Part shown: positions 23,328 to 35,798 of the stretch, piece after piece | Layout of the letters: each line of letters opens with the position of its first letter | How positions within the stretch are numbered: the first letter of the stretch is position 1 | Source: Hyaloraphidium curvatum SAG 235-1 | Taxonomy: Eukaryota; Fungi; Monoblepharomycota | Reading direction: 5' to 3' | NCBI GenBank assembly: GCA_025558095.1 | Contig: JAIVFI010000039.1 | Location: forward strand, 62,001 to 126,000 | Length of the DNA: 64,000 nucleotides | The notes under the pieces: model-generated | The model's input: the letters and a program-made list of their open reading frames with translations, nothing else | What the model was told of the DNA's origin: nothing | The model's database searches: none | Program-made: the position numbers and the translations under genes

Positions 23328-25118
23328 CTACCTCCCGAGCCTCACCAGCGACCCGTCCGCGCACCCGACGTAGAGTACCCCGACGTCCGACACGGCGATC
23401 GAAGTGGGTGCCGAGCACGGCGGTTCCGGGGCCACCGGCTTCCACCCGCTCCCCTCATCCGCGAGTGGATCAAACGCCGCGACCCCCTGGGCGAGACCGG
23501 CCCCAGTCTCGAAAGCGAACGCCCCGACAACGTAGAGGGTACCGTTGGTGAAGGCGAGGCCGGATACCGACGAGGCGTGCACGGGGAAGGGAGAGAACGC
23601 CACCCCGGCGCCCCACTCCGTCCAGCCGGCCAGCGAGCGGCACAACTGCGAGCCGCATTCGGCCGCATCACCGAGAAAGTACGAGTGCACGCCGTCGGAC
23701 ACCAGCGCCGACGGGCGGGCGGGGACGCCGTCGGGACGGAAGATCGGCTGCCACCGCACGCCGTCGTACAGCGCCACGGTGCTGCAGATCCCGCCGGGTT
23801 CGCACCACGGCGTCTGCAGCACGGCCATCACCCGGGTGCCGTCGTAGTGCAGCAGGTCGGACCCCGTGATGGCCGGGAAGCCGCCGCCGTCGCCGGGCAG
23901 CGGCGCCCACGCGGCGACGTCGGGGTCCCACACCGCCGCGGGCGCCTCCGTTCGCGTGCCGTCGGGGAGAACCATCGCGCCTCCGACGGCCAGGCGGCCG
24001 GATGCACGGTCGAGCCCGATGGCAGCGAGACGGTCCGCCTCCGGCTCGGCGGCCCCTACGGGCGCCCACAGCTCGGACGCCGCGTCCCAAGAGGCCAGCC
24101 TCGCGATCGGCAGTCCGCGCACTTCCAGGAACCCGCCCGCGGCGTATAGCAGCTTCCTTGCTGGGTCGAACGCGAGCGCCGCAACGTCGTCCATATCGTT
24201 CTCGGTGCCGTCGGTCCCGCCGGGGTAGGCGAGAGCCCCTCCCTCGCGGAACGAGGCGACACCATGCAGGAAGGTGCCGCCCAGGTGCACGGTGCCGGTG
24301 TGGGGATCCAGCGCCAGGGCGCGGATGATGCGGGTACCGGTCCACGAAGGCTCCAGCTGCGCGAGGGGACGCCAGGCCTGCTCGGGGGTGCTCGTGGGAG
24401 TGGCCGAGGTCGAGGTCGCGGTCAAGGATTCCAATGTCGCCGTTTCCCAGTTCGTGCTCGGCGGCGTTTCCGAGGTCGTCTCCGTTTCTGAGGTAGGGAC
24501 ACGGTACGTGCTGGTGACCGATCTTGTGGAGCCCGTGGTCGACGCGATAGTCCGAGTCTCCGAGGACGAGGTGGGTGTCTCCGAGGTCAGACTGGAAGTC
24601 TCCGAGGTGGAGCTGGAAGTCTTCAATATCGAAGTGGAAGTCGAACTCGCGGTCGCAGTCGCCGAAGCCGTGGCTAGCCGTGCGGTCGTCTCGCTCGCCG
24701 GGTTCGATGTCCAGCTCGTCGCGCTCTGCGACGCCGTTGATACGGTGGACGACGTCCATGTGCGGCTCGCCGCACTCGTTCTCTTCGTGGCAGTGGCCGT
24801 GGTAGCCGACGATGTCGAGGCTGCTTTGCTCGATGTATCGGCCGGGGAGGTGGAGGAGCTCCGCGTGCATGAAGCGGACGACGAGGAAGCTGCGCTGGAC
24901 GTCGACCGCGCCGTCGTCGACATCAGCTTTGCCGCGGGCGGTGCCCAGGCGGGCGGGCCGCCGCCTACGTTCTTGGTGCCGCCTTTGCCTTCGATTTTGC
25001 GCCGGAACACGCCGCCGGCCGCGCGGGCGGGGCCGCCGCGCAGCGGCAACGCGAGCGCAAGGGCGGCGCATTCGAGGGACGCCGAGAACAGCGCGAGGTA
25101 AAACAGCAGGTGTTTCAT
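23328..25118 (-). CDS. Secreted Ser/Thr-rich protein with a C-terminal beta-propeller (Rax2-like blades)
   Basis: Signal peptide MKHLLFYLALF..., long S/T stalk, repeated LYAAGGF / LYVVGAF / W.P.. blades. Confidence 0.65.
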   Translation of the reverse strand: MKHLLFYLALFSASLECAALALALPLRGGPARAAGGVFRRKIEGKGGTKNVGGGPPAWAPPAAKLMSTTARSTSSAASSSSASCTRSSSTSPADTSSKAASTSSATTATATKRTSAASRTWTSSTVSTASQSATSWTSNPASETTARLATASATATASSTSTSILKTSSSTSETSSLTSETPTSSSETRTIASTTGSTRSVTSTYRVPTSETETTSETPPSTNWETATLESLTATSTSATPTSTPEQAWRPLAQLEPSWTGTRIIRALALDPHTGTVHLGGTFLHGVASFREGGALAYPGGTDGTENDMDDVAALAFDPARKLLYAAGGFLEVRGLPIARLASWDAASELWAPVGAAEPEADRLAAIGLDRASGRLAVGGAMVLPDGTRTEAPAAVWDPDVAAWAPLPGDGGGFPAITGSDLLHYDGTRVMAVLQTPWCEPGGICSTVALYDGVRWQPIFRPDGVPARPSALVSDGVHSYFLGDAAECGSQLCRSLAGWTEWGAGVAFSPFPVHASSVSGLAFTNGTLYVVGAFAFETGAGLAQGVAAFDPLADEGSGWKPVAPEPPCSAPTSIAVSDVGVLYVGCADGSLVRLGR

Positions 25119-25428
25119 GCTTGTGGAGGTTCCGATTGTGCGCGAATGACTCCGAGAGGTTTGAGTTTCGCGGATGAGTCGCACATGACTCGGAGCGTCC
25201 TGGGACGCACATGCCGACACAGCCCTCCCTTCAATTAGATTACCGCCAGCTCCTCACCTCGGTAGCTCCGGAATTCTTCTAGGCGCTTCTGTCGGCACGA
25301 TTCGAGTGGTGACTGGATCCTAGGGAGCGTTAGGAGTTCGCCGTGTTCAAGGAACGGCAATCTCTATACCACAACATTCAGTCAACATCTCCGCCTTCCA
25401 CGTTCCCGGGCATCCCCCTCCCCCTTCG

Positions 25429-26974
25429 TCACCGCCTCAGCCCAATGTCCCCGTGCTTGTCCGGATACCGCAGCGTGATCCCGATCTTTGGGTCGTCCCA
25501 CCTGCTCCCGAACCCGTCGACGCCCTGCACCCCCTCCCACCCCTGGATCGCCTCGACGCGGACCCACGAGAACTCGGAGCAGCAGTTGCTCTTGGCGGGG
25601 TCCCAGTAGTTGCGCTCCTTGGCCACGAGCGCGTAGCCGTACTCTGCCCGACCCCAGGCATCAGCAGGAGGAGCAAGCCGTCGCGGTGCGGCGGGGACCC
25701 ACCGTCCATGAGCTTGTATATCCGGTACAGGTGCTCGAACCAGTTCCCGTTCTCGAGGTACGGCTTGGGCAGCGAGTCGTTGAAGTTGGCCAGGTCGGGC
25801 GAGTGCGTATGGAGCTCGACCCAGAGGATGACCGGGAGGAGGTCCTGGTTCTCCTTCTTGAGGAGCATCTCCAGGACGTCATACTCGGCGGCTTCGACGT
25901 CCATCTGCGGGAAAGGGTGTGAGGCATCGGGGACGCGGCGGTGCCCCGGGGCCAGGTACCTTGATGGCGGTGATGTACTTGTGCCCGAGCTGCTTGGCCA
26001 GCGCCGGCAGGTCCGAAAACTCGGCCGCGTTCATCCCCGTCTTGGGCGGCCCCACGCAGATCTTGTGCATCTCCGTCGCTCCGTCCTGCCACGTCCCCGT
26101 GCAGTCGAACGTGTGGGTCTCGCACCCGCCGCGGGTGTGGCCCGCGATCGAGTGCTCGAAGTGGAAGTTGCCGTTGCAACCCAGGCTGTAGACGATGCAG
26201 GCGGGCTTGTTGGCGCCCCGGTCGCCGAATTTGGCCATCTGGCGGGAGCCGGAGCGCTGGAGGATGCCGCCGAGCTCGCCGCAGGACCATTTGCCGCCGT
26301 CGCCGCCGCCGAACCGCTCGAACTGAAAAAGGGGGCCTTTGAGACCTGGAGCCCCGGCCAGCAGCGAGCCGGCAACCCACCTTGTTGAGGTCGCAGTCCA
26401 GCGTCGGGGTGAACAGGGCGTCAAAGACGGCCCACCCCTTCCGCTCCCCGACGAAATCGAACATCGTCCGCTTTTCGGGCGGCAGCTCCGACATGGCCTT
26501 GAGCGTCTGCAGGGCCATGCGCCGCTTCTGGATAAACCAGCAGCCGTCCTTGTAGGATTTCGGGTCCGCAAGGCAGTCGGCCGTGGCCTTGGCCACGGGG
26601 TCGTCGACGGGCGGGCCCGGGTCCTTCTTGACGGGCTCGTCCTTCGCGCTCTCCTTGCCGCCCTTTTCCTCCTCTTTTTTCGGCTCCTCTTCGTCGTCGT
26701 CTTCGTCCTTGCCGGCGCCCTCCGTGGCCTTCTCGGCCTTGCCGTCCGAGTCCTTCGCGTCCGCCTCGTCGTCGTCGTCCTCCTCCGGCTCGGGCGGCGG
26801 CGCCACCTTCGGCCTGCGCTTCGGCGGCGGCACCGCCTCCACGCGCTGCTCGACCTGCGCGGCGCCGACGTCCGCGGAGAAGGCGCGGCGCGTCGACGGC
26901 AGCGTCGCTATCGCGAGGACGAACAGCACCGCGATGAGGATGGCCTGCGTCCGCGACACGCCCGCGGGCAGCAT
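25429..26974 (-). CDS. Type II membrane methyltransferase-domain protein (Methyltransf_22/FkbM-like), multi-exon
   Basis: GGGDGGKWSC, CIVYSLGCNGNFHFE, CETHTFDCT, K-MDVEAAEY, WVELH, CCSEFSW. Confidence 0.8.
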
Positions 26975-27203
26975 GGCGGCGGCGGCGAGGGACGCAGAGG
27001 CCGCGACGGCCGAATGGCCCGGGGAGGGGAGAGCAGAAGGGTGCGTGGCCGGGGTCAGGCTGCGGACGCCCGCCCCGCCGCGGACCCGCTGCCCCGGCTG
27101 CCCCGCACGCAGCCCAAAGAGATCTGTTGAAGTCCAATCTCAAGCATACAATACATCCAAAAACTACCAGCAAATCGTCGGAAAAATGATTGGGAACCCG
27201 CCA

Positions 27204-27884
27204 CTACTCGGGCAGGTGGCCCGGCAGCCCCTCGAGCCTCTTCCGCCACGCTGACACCCCCGGGAACGCGGCCATGTCGATCCCCGCCTGCTCCGCCACC
27301 GAGATGTACCCGTACAGCGCGATATCGGCGACCGTGAACCTGCCCGCGGCAGCCCACTCGCGCGGCTGGCCGCGTTCGCCGCCCGAGAGGTGCCGCTCGA
27401 GCGCGTTGAGGGCGTCGGTGGCCGTGTGCAGCTTTTCCGCGTAAACTTGAGGATACTCCTTGTCCTTGCCCGTCTTTTTCATGAACCTCGCCGTTCCGAC
27501 GGTGCATTCCACCATGTTCTTCGCGCCAACGCGTCAGTCCGGCCTGCGGGAGCCACACGCGTCCGGACCCACCTGCTCGAAAAACATCCACCTCAGCACG
27601 TGCGCCCTCTCCAGCCTGTCCTTGGGGTATACCCCCTCCCCTTCGGGCCCGTCGGCCAGGTAGGTCAGGATCGCGTTGGACTCTGGCAGGCATCCCCCGT
27701 CGGGAAACTCGAGCACCGGCACCCGCCCCGCGGCGTTCTTCTTCAGGAACTCGGGGACGCGGGATTCGCCCGCGAGGATGTCCACGGGGACGTTTTTGAC
27801 CGGGAGCTTGAGGTGGGAGAGGAGCAGGCGGACCTTGTACCCGTTTCGCGAGATGGGGGAGTCGTAGAGCGTGGGCTCCGCCAT
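27204..27884 (-). CDS. Glutathione S-transferase (bacterial GST-like), one intron
   Basis: LYDSPISRNGYKVRLLL, NAAGRVPVLE, LPESNAILTYLA, WMFFEQ, FTVADIALYGY, FPGVSAW. Confidence 0.85.
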
Positions 27885-28388
27885 CTCGGTCGCGCGGGCG
27901 AGGAGCGGCTGCGGAGGAGGAGGGGAAGGTGCGCCCGGTCCGGGAGGGAGCGCGGCGGGGTGCAGGTGCGGGGGGAACGCGGAGCGGCTTTTGTTTACCC
28001 GCCGGTCGGTGGAGCGGACGGCACCTCCCCACCTGACGTTGCGCGTGCGGAAGGTCCTTGCCTCTGAGTATTCCGCACGTCATCGATCACAATCTATTGA
28101 TCTCGCAGGCGGAAGAAAGCTGGCGTTGCTCGCTGGCACCGCTGTGACTCTAGACTAGTACACCGGTGCGCGAACCGGACGTTGTACAGGGCGCTCATCC
28201 ACAAGGCAATGGCGTCCAGGAGCTCCGAGTCTTCCGCGTTCCGGATCCGCACGTTCGAATACTTCATGAGCAAGGCTCCCTCCCGCCTGCGCGCCCGGCC
28301 TGCAATCCCTTCTGAGAAGTCCTACCTTGTGCCACGAACGCGTTGGGGTGACCATGGCGACGCCGCGGCTGGCCAAAACCCCTCCAAG

Positions 28389-29369
28389 ATGACCAATATC
28401 CCCCTCTACCTGCTGGCTGCCCTCCTGCTTCCCGCCCTCGCCTCCGCCGCCGTACACCGCGCGACGTTCGGCCCGCACACCGCCTTCGTCCTCACCACGC
28501 CGCACCTCGAAGCCGTCGTCGTTCCCTCACTCGGGCGCCTCATGTCCCTCCGCCTCCTCCCGAACGGGACCAACGTCCTCTGGACCGACCTGCGCGCCGC
28601 GCCGCAGGGCGCGCAGGGGGGCTGGGTGAACCACGGCGGGGACAAGGCTTGGCCGGCGCCGGAATCGCGGTGGGGCAACTTCACGGGCTCCAAAACGTGG
28701 CTGCCACCGAAGGGGTTCGACGGGATGCCGCACGACGGACGGGCGGAGGGGGAGGCGGTCGTCATCGAGGGGCCGGTGGACCCCTCGTACGGGATCCGCG
28801 TCGTGCGGACGTTCCGCGCGAGTCCGGACAGACCGGTGCTCCGTGTGCGTACGACATTTCACCGTGTCGCGAACGGTACCCACCCCGGCCCGATAAGGGT
28901 CTCGGTCTGGGTCATCTCGCAGCTCGACGACCCCCGGGCGGTGTACCTCCCCGTCCCGAAGGGGTCGAGGTTCCCGAACGGTTTCTCTGCCCTCGACTAC
29001 CACAACGGCCCATGGAACAACGTCAGCATCCGGGGCAACCTGCTCCGCATTACGCGCGACCGCAAGACGTACCACAAGCTCGCCTCGGACGCCGACAGGA
29101 TGGTAGCGATCGGGAGGGACGGCACCCTGTTTGCCGTGCTGTCCCGCCGCACGACGGAACCCTCGCTTGAGTTTCCGGACGGGGATGCCAGCGCCGAGGT
29201 GTACACGAACCCGGATCCGAAAAAGTACGTGGAGCTTGAGACTTTGGGCCCGCTGGCGGACCTGGAGGTCGGAGGTCGGACGTCGAGGAAAAGCACGTAC
29301 GCGCTGTTTCGGGCGAGGGGACGGGGTGCAGTGCGCAGGGCACTGAGGGCGGTGGGCAGGCTGGGATGA
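28389..29369 (+). CDS. Secreted DUF4380-like (galactose-mutarotase fold) protein, intronless
   Basis: Signal peptide, VVPSLGRLMSL, WVNHGGDKAWPAPESRW, EVYTNP...YVELETLGPL. Confidence 0.7.
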   Translation: MTNIPLYLLAALLLPALASAAVHRATFGPHTAFVLTTPHLEAVVVPSLGRLMSLRLLPNGTNVLWTDLRAAPQGAQGGWVNHGGDKAWPAPESRWGNFTGSKTWLPPKGFDGMPHDGRAEGEAVVIEGPVDPSYGIRVVRTFRASPDRPVLRVRTTFHRVANGTHPGPIRVSVWVISQLDDPRAVYLPVPKGSRFPNGFSALDYHNGPWNNVSIRGNLLRITRDRKTYHKLASDADRMVAIGRDGTLFAVLSRRTTEPSLEFPDGDASAEVYTNPDPKKYVELETLGPLADLEVGGRTSRKSTYALFRARGRGAVRRALRAVGRLG

Positions 29370-29527
29370 GATATAGGCCCCTTCGGCCCAAAAGACTGCA
29401 TCGTGCGCACTCGGCTCGATTCTACTCAACACAGCACGTCACCTATCGGACAACTGTACAAATCTCCCAACCGTTCTGCTCATCTGCCCAAAGGCCGACC
29501 CAGCACCCGCCTCCCGCGATCGGCTCG

Positions 29528-30500
29528 CTATGAGATCGGGCACGCCATATCCATCGTGAACGTTACGCCGGCCCCCTTGAGCAGCGTCCACAACCCGAGC
29601 GCGACGGTGAATCCCGTCACCACCGCGGTCCGCGTCAGCCCGTGGCTGACGGCGGCGCCAAACAGCCGGGCCTTGTACCGATCCACGGCCAGGTACGAGG
29701 TCAGCACCAGGTCGTGGTTGCGCAGCGACGCGGAAAGGAGGTGCGGCGCGGACGCGGCGTCGGCCGCGCGGCGGAGCTCCCGGATGTCCCGGATGGCGTC
29801 CTGGTACAGGTCCGTGACGGCCGAGATCTGCTGGTTCGCCACCCCGAGGTTGACGAGGTCCACGAAGAGCAGGAAGAGCATGTAGGCGATCAGGAGCACG
29901 GTCCAGAGGACCACGCAGCCGCCCGCCGCCAGGTTGACGACGAGACCCGCGACGGCGGTGAGGAAAGTGTACATGGAATAGACGACGTTGCTGACCACCG
30001 GCCGCGACCTCCAGGATTCCACCAGGGCGGCGTGCAGGACGGTGTACGCTTCCGGCACGGCTCCGGGCCGCGGACCGCGAGGGACGGGTCGGCCCCGCCA
30101 AAGATGGATTCCCGGTGGCGCCGGATGAGGTCGGCGAGCGCGATCGCGGCCGCCCGGTGCTGCAATCGAACCGAGAGCTGTAGGCTGGCCAGAATGGCGC
30201 CGCCGCGGGCTAGGCCGGGTATGAGGTGGGCGGCGAGGTCCGCCAAAAGGTACAGCGCCGCCAAGAGCGCGGACCACCAGTGGGAAAACGTCGCCGGCGC
30301 AAAGGTGACGAGTGGCGTCCAGACGAAGACGAAGCCCACGAGGTTCACCAGGAGCAACCTCGAGAGGAACTCGACGAGCCGTTGCAGGCCCGCCACCGCG
30401 AGCACCCCACCGACACATTCCCTCCGCTGGCAAGGGCACAGCGCGTCGCCATCGACGTGTTCCAGCAAGCCGCCAGAGGCCCGAGCGCTTTGCTGCGCCT
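29528..30500 (-). pseudogene. Frameshifted, 5'-truncated member of the 7-TM family seen at 50278-51929
   Basis: DALCPC motif and TM3-4 are in one frame; TM5-7 and the DLVNL..AN.QI...RLFG..V...CP tail are in another. The switch at about 30050-30080 has no plausible intron. Confidence 0.6.
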
Positions 30501-31109
30501 CGGCATCGCCATCATCGTGGGAGGAAAGCAGTGACCACCGCGCGCGATGACCGCGAAAGGATACGATCCAGCGGTTGGAGATCCAGTGGAACTACCTCAC
30601 CTCCACCAGGTCCGTCCTGGAATCGCTCCGCAGCGGAAGGATCCGGGAGCTGATTGTGCGGGACATCATGGACTCCGGACCGGATGGGTACCCATACGAT
30701 GAGCCCAGGCTCGCCGCGGCGGTGTTCAGAACGCTGGGGCCGTTGAAAAATGACGGGCATGGGCTGGGCATGTGGAAAATGGGGATGCCGGTGGATGAGG
30801 TCCGCCCTACCGATCGCCCTTGGGGACCCAGCTAGGAGACACTCGTCGGTTTCAAGAGCACTCATTCGGTTTCAAAAGTGCTGGTATAGAAGTCCGCTTC
30901 CCCTCGAAAAGACCAACCCCGTCTTCGATTGCAAGCGCTCAGAAACATGACGCGGGTCAGGATGTGGAACCGGTCTCCGGTGGCATGACGTTTTGTTTGC
31001 AACAGATATCGGGTCCGGGCCCACGGCGGCCACGCGGGGTCCGAGTGGTGACATTTTCGCGAACGTGCATCTCGCGCCACCGCCGGCCACACACCGCCAT
31101 TTTTCAGCG

Positions 31110-32249
31110 ATGCGGCTGCATGTGATCGCAATGGCCTGCCTGGCGCTCCTCGGGGCCACCGGGCCTCGATGCACCGCAATGCCGGCGCGGCTGTCCCCGC
31201 GACAGGCCAAGGCTCTGACGTCGCCGTGCTCCGCGTCGGGCCCCGAATGCGCGTCGGGCTGCTGCTTCAACGGGCAGTGCGCTTCCGGAGAGACGTGCTT
31301 CGGCCCGCAGCCGCGCTCCATCGGGGCGCAATGCAGCGCGTCGGACCGCGCGCAGTGCCCGGACAGCGGCTGCTGCTTCGGCGGGCGGTGCGCCGCCGCG
31401 TCGGTGTGCTTCGGCGGCGGCGCCGGCGGGATCGGGGCCGGCTGCTCGGCGTCGACCTCGGATCAGTGCCAGTCGGGCTGCTGCGTCGGCGGGCAGTGCG
31501 CCGCCGCCTCGGTCTGCTTCGGCGGCGGAGGCGGCGGCGGGGGCGCCGCGTACGCCGGCCCCGCCGGCCCCCTGCCCAACTACGTCATCCGGACGTGCCG
31601 CCAGCCTAACCACATCCACCTCACGTTCGATGACGGCCCGTTCGCACCCTGGACCCACGGCGTGCTGGACGTGCTCCGGCGGCGCGGGATCAAGGCCACC
31701 TTCTTCACCATCGGCGTCAACATCTACAAACCGGAAAACGTGGACGCCATGAGACGCGCGTTTGCCGAGGGCCACTGTATCGGTCGGTTTGCACGTCGCA
31801 GGTGCTCTTGCGCGGGTTGACAGTTCCCGTCCGCAGGCGACCACACCTTCGACCACGTCCCCCTTGTCCCCCTCGACTACGACCGCCGCCGCTCGGAGCT
31901 GCTCGGGCAGGCCAACAAGATCCGCGAGATCACCGGGGCCTACCCACGACTCGCCCGTTATCCGACGGGCTGGGCCGACCAGGCCCTGATCGACCTCACC
32001 AACTCCCTCGGGATGGCGGCGATCGGGTGGAACGTCGACCCCCGTGATTTCCAGTACGACCCGGAGAACTACCTGAACCGCGCCCGCTCGGACCTCGACG
32101 CCCGTGGGGGCTACGGCTGCGTGGCCATCGTGCACGACTACAAGGACAGCGCGCCGTGGGTCGCGGAGGGGATCATCGACATGGCGCTGGCGAGCGGGCT
32201 GACGTTCGTGCCTGCGGACGTGTGCTTTGGGATGCCGTGCTACCAGTGA
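31110..32249 (+). CDS. Secreted polysaccharide/chitin deacetylase (CE4, NodB domain) with three N-terminal Cys-rich repeats; intron at about 31783-31837
   Basis: HLTFDDGP, KATFF, G.HTFDH, RYPTG, WNVDPRDF, IVHD; repeats C....C.SGCC..G.C.....CFG. Confidence 0.85.
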
Positions 32250-32449
32250 GCCGGCCGATGCATGCGGAGGTGACGGCCGGGTTGCGGGAAAAGGACATGG
32301 GGGTGGTGGGAGAGGACATGGCTTGATACCCCCGGTTGGATGCGGTGCCTACAAGGGCTTGGAGTGCCGCACGCGCCGCACGGATAGACGGGCTCCGTGA
32401 CTGACGCTCCTGATTCGCTGCTTGCGCCGCCCCCCGCTCCCGCCGTCCG

Positions 32450-34219
32450 TCACCACTTCCCCTCCGGCCCGCACCACGGGCACTTGACCTCCGTCCCCAT
32501 CCTCTCCCCGAACGGAATGGCGGGCAAAAACGCCCCCTTGGCCATGCACCCCAGCATCCACCCCCTGGAGGACTGCGTCCTCTTTGGCCCCGCATGGTGC
32601 GAATGCAGCACGGAGAAATCGACCCCCGCGCGAGTCATTGCAGCGTCCTGCGCTGCCCACTCCGCCCCGTGCATCCGCGGATCCGTCGCGCCCGCCGGGG
32701 AGCCCGAAGGCAGGCAGACGGCGGCGCCGATCGTCGCACCCAGCGTCCTCGCGCGCATGGAAAACGTGCTCCAATACGTCTGCCGGAACGCCCCCTGTTC
32801 CCCGACGTGCGGCGAGACGCGGTCGCCGCACCCCAGCAGGATCTGGTCCGTCACTAGGTAGGCGAGGTCCCAGAAGGCGTCTTCCCTCCCGGCGCCGTGG
32901 CGGGCCGGCATCACCATCTGATCGGTGAAGTTCAACGAGGGATGGGAGAGGACGGCGCGGTACACCGTCTGCATACCCGCGGCATAGCGCACGGAAGGGC
33001 CGGAGGCGGAGATGCCGGCTTCGAGGCGGCGGACGAGCACGTCCGACGCACCCAAGTCCGTGGCGGCGTGGGCATGCGCCGCGGAGGGGTGGCGGATGGT
33101 ATCGCCCGCGACGAAGATGATTCGCCGGTCCGGCGGGAGCGAGGCGTTCTCCTTGGCAATCGCGAGCAAGGCATCGGCGGCGAGGTCGTCGGTCGTCGCG
33201 CAGAGCGGGAACCGCAGCCGGTGCGCGCAGTAGGCCACGTGGTTGCTCCCCGACCGCACGTGGGCCGTGTTCAACGAGGGCACAGGCACGGGGTACCGCG
33301 CGTATTCGGGCTCGTCCAGCTCCGGGATCGCTGGCGTCCGCCCGATCTTGCCGAGCACGTTCGCTTCCCACCCCGCGCTGTCCATCCCCCTCCACCGCGG
33401 CCCGGAAAGCACGCCGTTCCAGAGGATCCACTTGGCGGCCCGGAGAAGCTCCCTGCGCGGCGGAATCTCGGCGGACCCGTCCTGCTCGACGGTGCAGCTG
33501 AGGTTGAGCAGGAACGGCTGCGGTATGCCGACGAGGCGGCCCGAGAGGCGGCGGCGCAGGCCGTGCAGCAGTGTGTCGCGGGAAGCGGGTTCGACATAGT
33601 CGGGATGGGTGGCCCATTCCCGGAGGACGACGAGCTCGGAGCAGCGGAAGGGTTGGGTGAAGTTGGCCAGCCGGGGGTCCCCGAGCGAGTGCGGGCCGAC
33701 GAGGCAGGGGAGGCTGAGCACGCGGTCGTCGACGTTCCGGTACTGGTGCAGGCCGAACGCGGCGCGGTCGCGGATAGCATCCCCCTTGTTGCCCTGGGGC
33801 TTCTCGCCCGGAAGAACCGCCATTCCGTTTGCCGCGGCCAGCCCGCGGACCCACGCCGCGTCCTCGCCTTCCAGGTCGACGAACACGTCCGAGGGCGGGT
33901 CCTTCAGGTAGAATGCTTCCAGGGGAATATCACCGTGGCCCCAATCCCTCGCCGGCCCGTGGCTCATGAACAGCGGCAGCACACGGCATCCGAGCACGCG
34001 GGCGATGCCGACCACGCGCGACGCGACGAGCAGCTGGTTGGAGTGCATGCACGTGCAGGGCGCGGCGAACAGCAGGCAGGACTCCGCCGGGGGTGCTGCC
34101 TGGTTCGGATCCCGGTCGGCGGGCGGCTGCGGGGCGGGAGCCGCGGGGGGCCGGAGGAGCGCAGCCAGCGCCGCCATGGCGAGGAGGGAAAGGGCTTTGG
34201 CAAGGCGCTGCTGCAGCAT
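32450..34219 (-). CDS. Type II membrane protein, possibly O-fucosyltransferase-like glycosyltransferase
   Basis: N-terminal anchor; HSNQL...ARVLG..VLP and a late DQILL motif; weak similarity by eye only. Confidence 0.45.
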   Translation of the reverse strand: MLQQRLAKALSLLAMAALAALLRPPAAPAPQPPADRDPNQAAPPAESCLLFAAPCTCMHSNQLLVASRVVGIARVLGCRVLPLFMSHGPARDWGHGDIPLEAFYLKDPPSDVFVDLEGEDAAWVRGLAAANGMAVLPGEKPQGNKGDAIRDRAAFGLHQYRNVDDRVLSLPCLVGPHSLGDPRLANFTQPFRCSELVVLREWATHPDYVEPASRDTLLHGLRRRLSGRLVGIPQPFLLNLSCTVEQDGSAEIPPRRELLRAAKWILWNGVLSGPRWRGMDSAGWEANVLGKIGRTPAIPELDEPEYARYPVPVPSLNTAHVRSGSNHVAYCAHRLRFPLCATTDDLAADALLAIAKENASLPPDRRIIFVAGDTIRHPSAAHAHAATDLGASDVLVRRLEAGISASGPSVRYAAGMQTVYRAVLSHPSLNFTDQMVMPARHGAGREDAFWDLAYLVTDQILLGCGDRVSPHVGEQGAFRQTYWSTFSMRARTLGATIGAAVCLPSGSPAGATDPRMHGAEWAAQDAAMTRAGVDFSVLHSHHAGPKRTQSSRGWMLGCMAKGAFLPAIPFGERMGTEVKCPWCGPEGKW

Positions 34220-35798
34220 TGTGCAGAGGGGCACCGGGCGTCGCACAAACAGGGCGTCCTCCGAACTCTGCCCGCGGCGCACGCGCGTCCACGGGCTGCT
34301 GAGCTAAGCGCCGCACGACAACCGGCGAGATCCGTCGAGCCGGTCCTTCAAAGTGCCATTCGGGATATCGGATCCGGCAGGGCGGCCACCTTTGACTATT
34401 GGCGGTGGCGGCGTCGGGGAGCCGCGGCCGTCTAGCTGGACGCGTTAATTGGGGATAGAATTTCAGGCAATCAGAGTCTAGAAACCGCATCTACAGAGAT
34501 ACAAAACCCCCTTATAGAATTGCACGCGCGCCATCGAATTGCACCTCGAGCCATAGAATTGCACCCCCACCCCCCGACCTCTCTGCGGCCGTTCGCACCG
34601 ATTGGGACCGCCAATCTGCCGGAGAAACATCTGAACGAAGTTCCGCGGGGTCGGCCGAACCCGCTTGAAGCTCGGGAGACTTCGTGTCGGCCGTAGCGTC
34701 CCGTGACCCCGACTCGGGCGAAGCCCCGAATCTCTTCACCTGCCGGCGCCGAGCCAGGGCCTTTTGGACTCGATCGACTTTCTCGACACTTTGCGCGACC
34801 GCTGAGGTGTTGTGGCTCGGATCAGCCTCAGATTCGCTTCAGCACGCACTCGGACCTTCGCCCCTTCGTACACTTCCTTCAGACGAGCCGTGAACGCAGC
34901 AAGTTGAAGGATGTCTTCTGCGGCGGGCAAGAAGAAGGCTGCCGGCTTGTCGACGGCCACTGGAACATTGCCATGGCAGCGGTTCAGCTCACCGCGCGGC
35001 ACCTTGGCGTGACGAGACGGTCCGTAGTGTTGCACCAGGCGCCCGCGCAGAGCCCGTACGAGATGGTGCGCAAGGTCCTAGCTATCTTTGACAGGGGTTT
35101 CGGATCGGAACAGCAATGACGAGGTACAAGGTGCTCCGGAGCTTGGATGAGTACCTTCTTGCTTACGTTGCCGACGACCGTGGAGGCCTGAGACGATTGC
35201 GACCGTCCAGCATGCTTGTACTGACTGAACTCCAGCCTCGACGATGAATCTCGCGAGAGGCACGCCCCCGCAGGAAGCTCTTCGCGCAAAAGAAAACGAA
35301 GTTCCGTTGGAGGCGCTCGGCCGCAGGGCCCTTCCATCAATTCGGCGATTGCTTCTCCGCGTCGTACACCGACCAACAGGAGGATCGGCCTAAACCGAAG
35401 CGCAAGAAGAAGGACAGTTCTTGATTGCACTTGTAGTTTCTGGACATCCTATACTGTGACATGGCTCGACCACGCCTCCGTTGTCCCGGCGACGATGGTC
35501 CCGCATCCTCCACGGCAACGGGACCCTTCTCCCAAGCTTTAAGGGGCGGCAGCCCCCTAACCCCGGCCTGGGGATTTCGCCCCCGGAGAACCCGGCGCGC
35601 TTCGCGCGCGAATCAAAGTTTGCGAAAGGTTTTGATTCCACCTATAGCATAACGGGGGGGCAGGGCACGCTTCGGCGCGGCAGCGAACCACCCGAAACCC
35701 ACCTCGTCCCTCGCCCGCCTGTTCCTCAGAGCCGCTAGCGACCTGCTCGCCCTCCTTTCCCCGTGCCGCCCAGCCCGTTTTGCGACCCACCCCTCGCG

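Noticed and set aside
34890-35430. Possible decayed gene
   Set aside because: Short interrupted ORFs with no motif I can assign.
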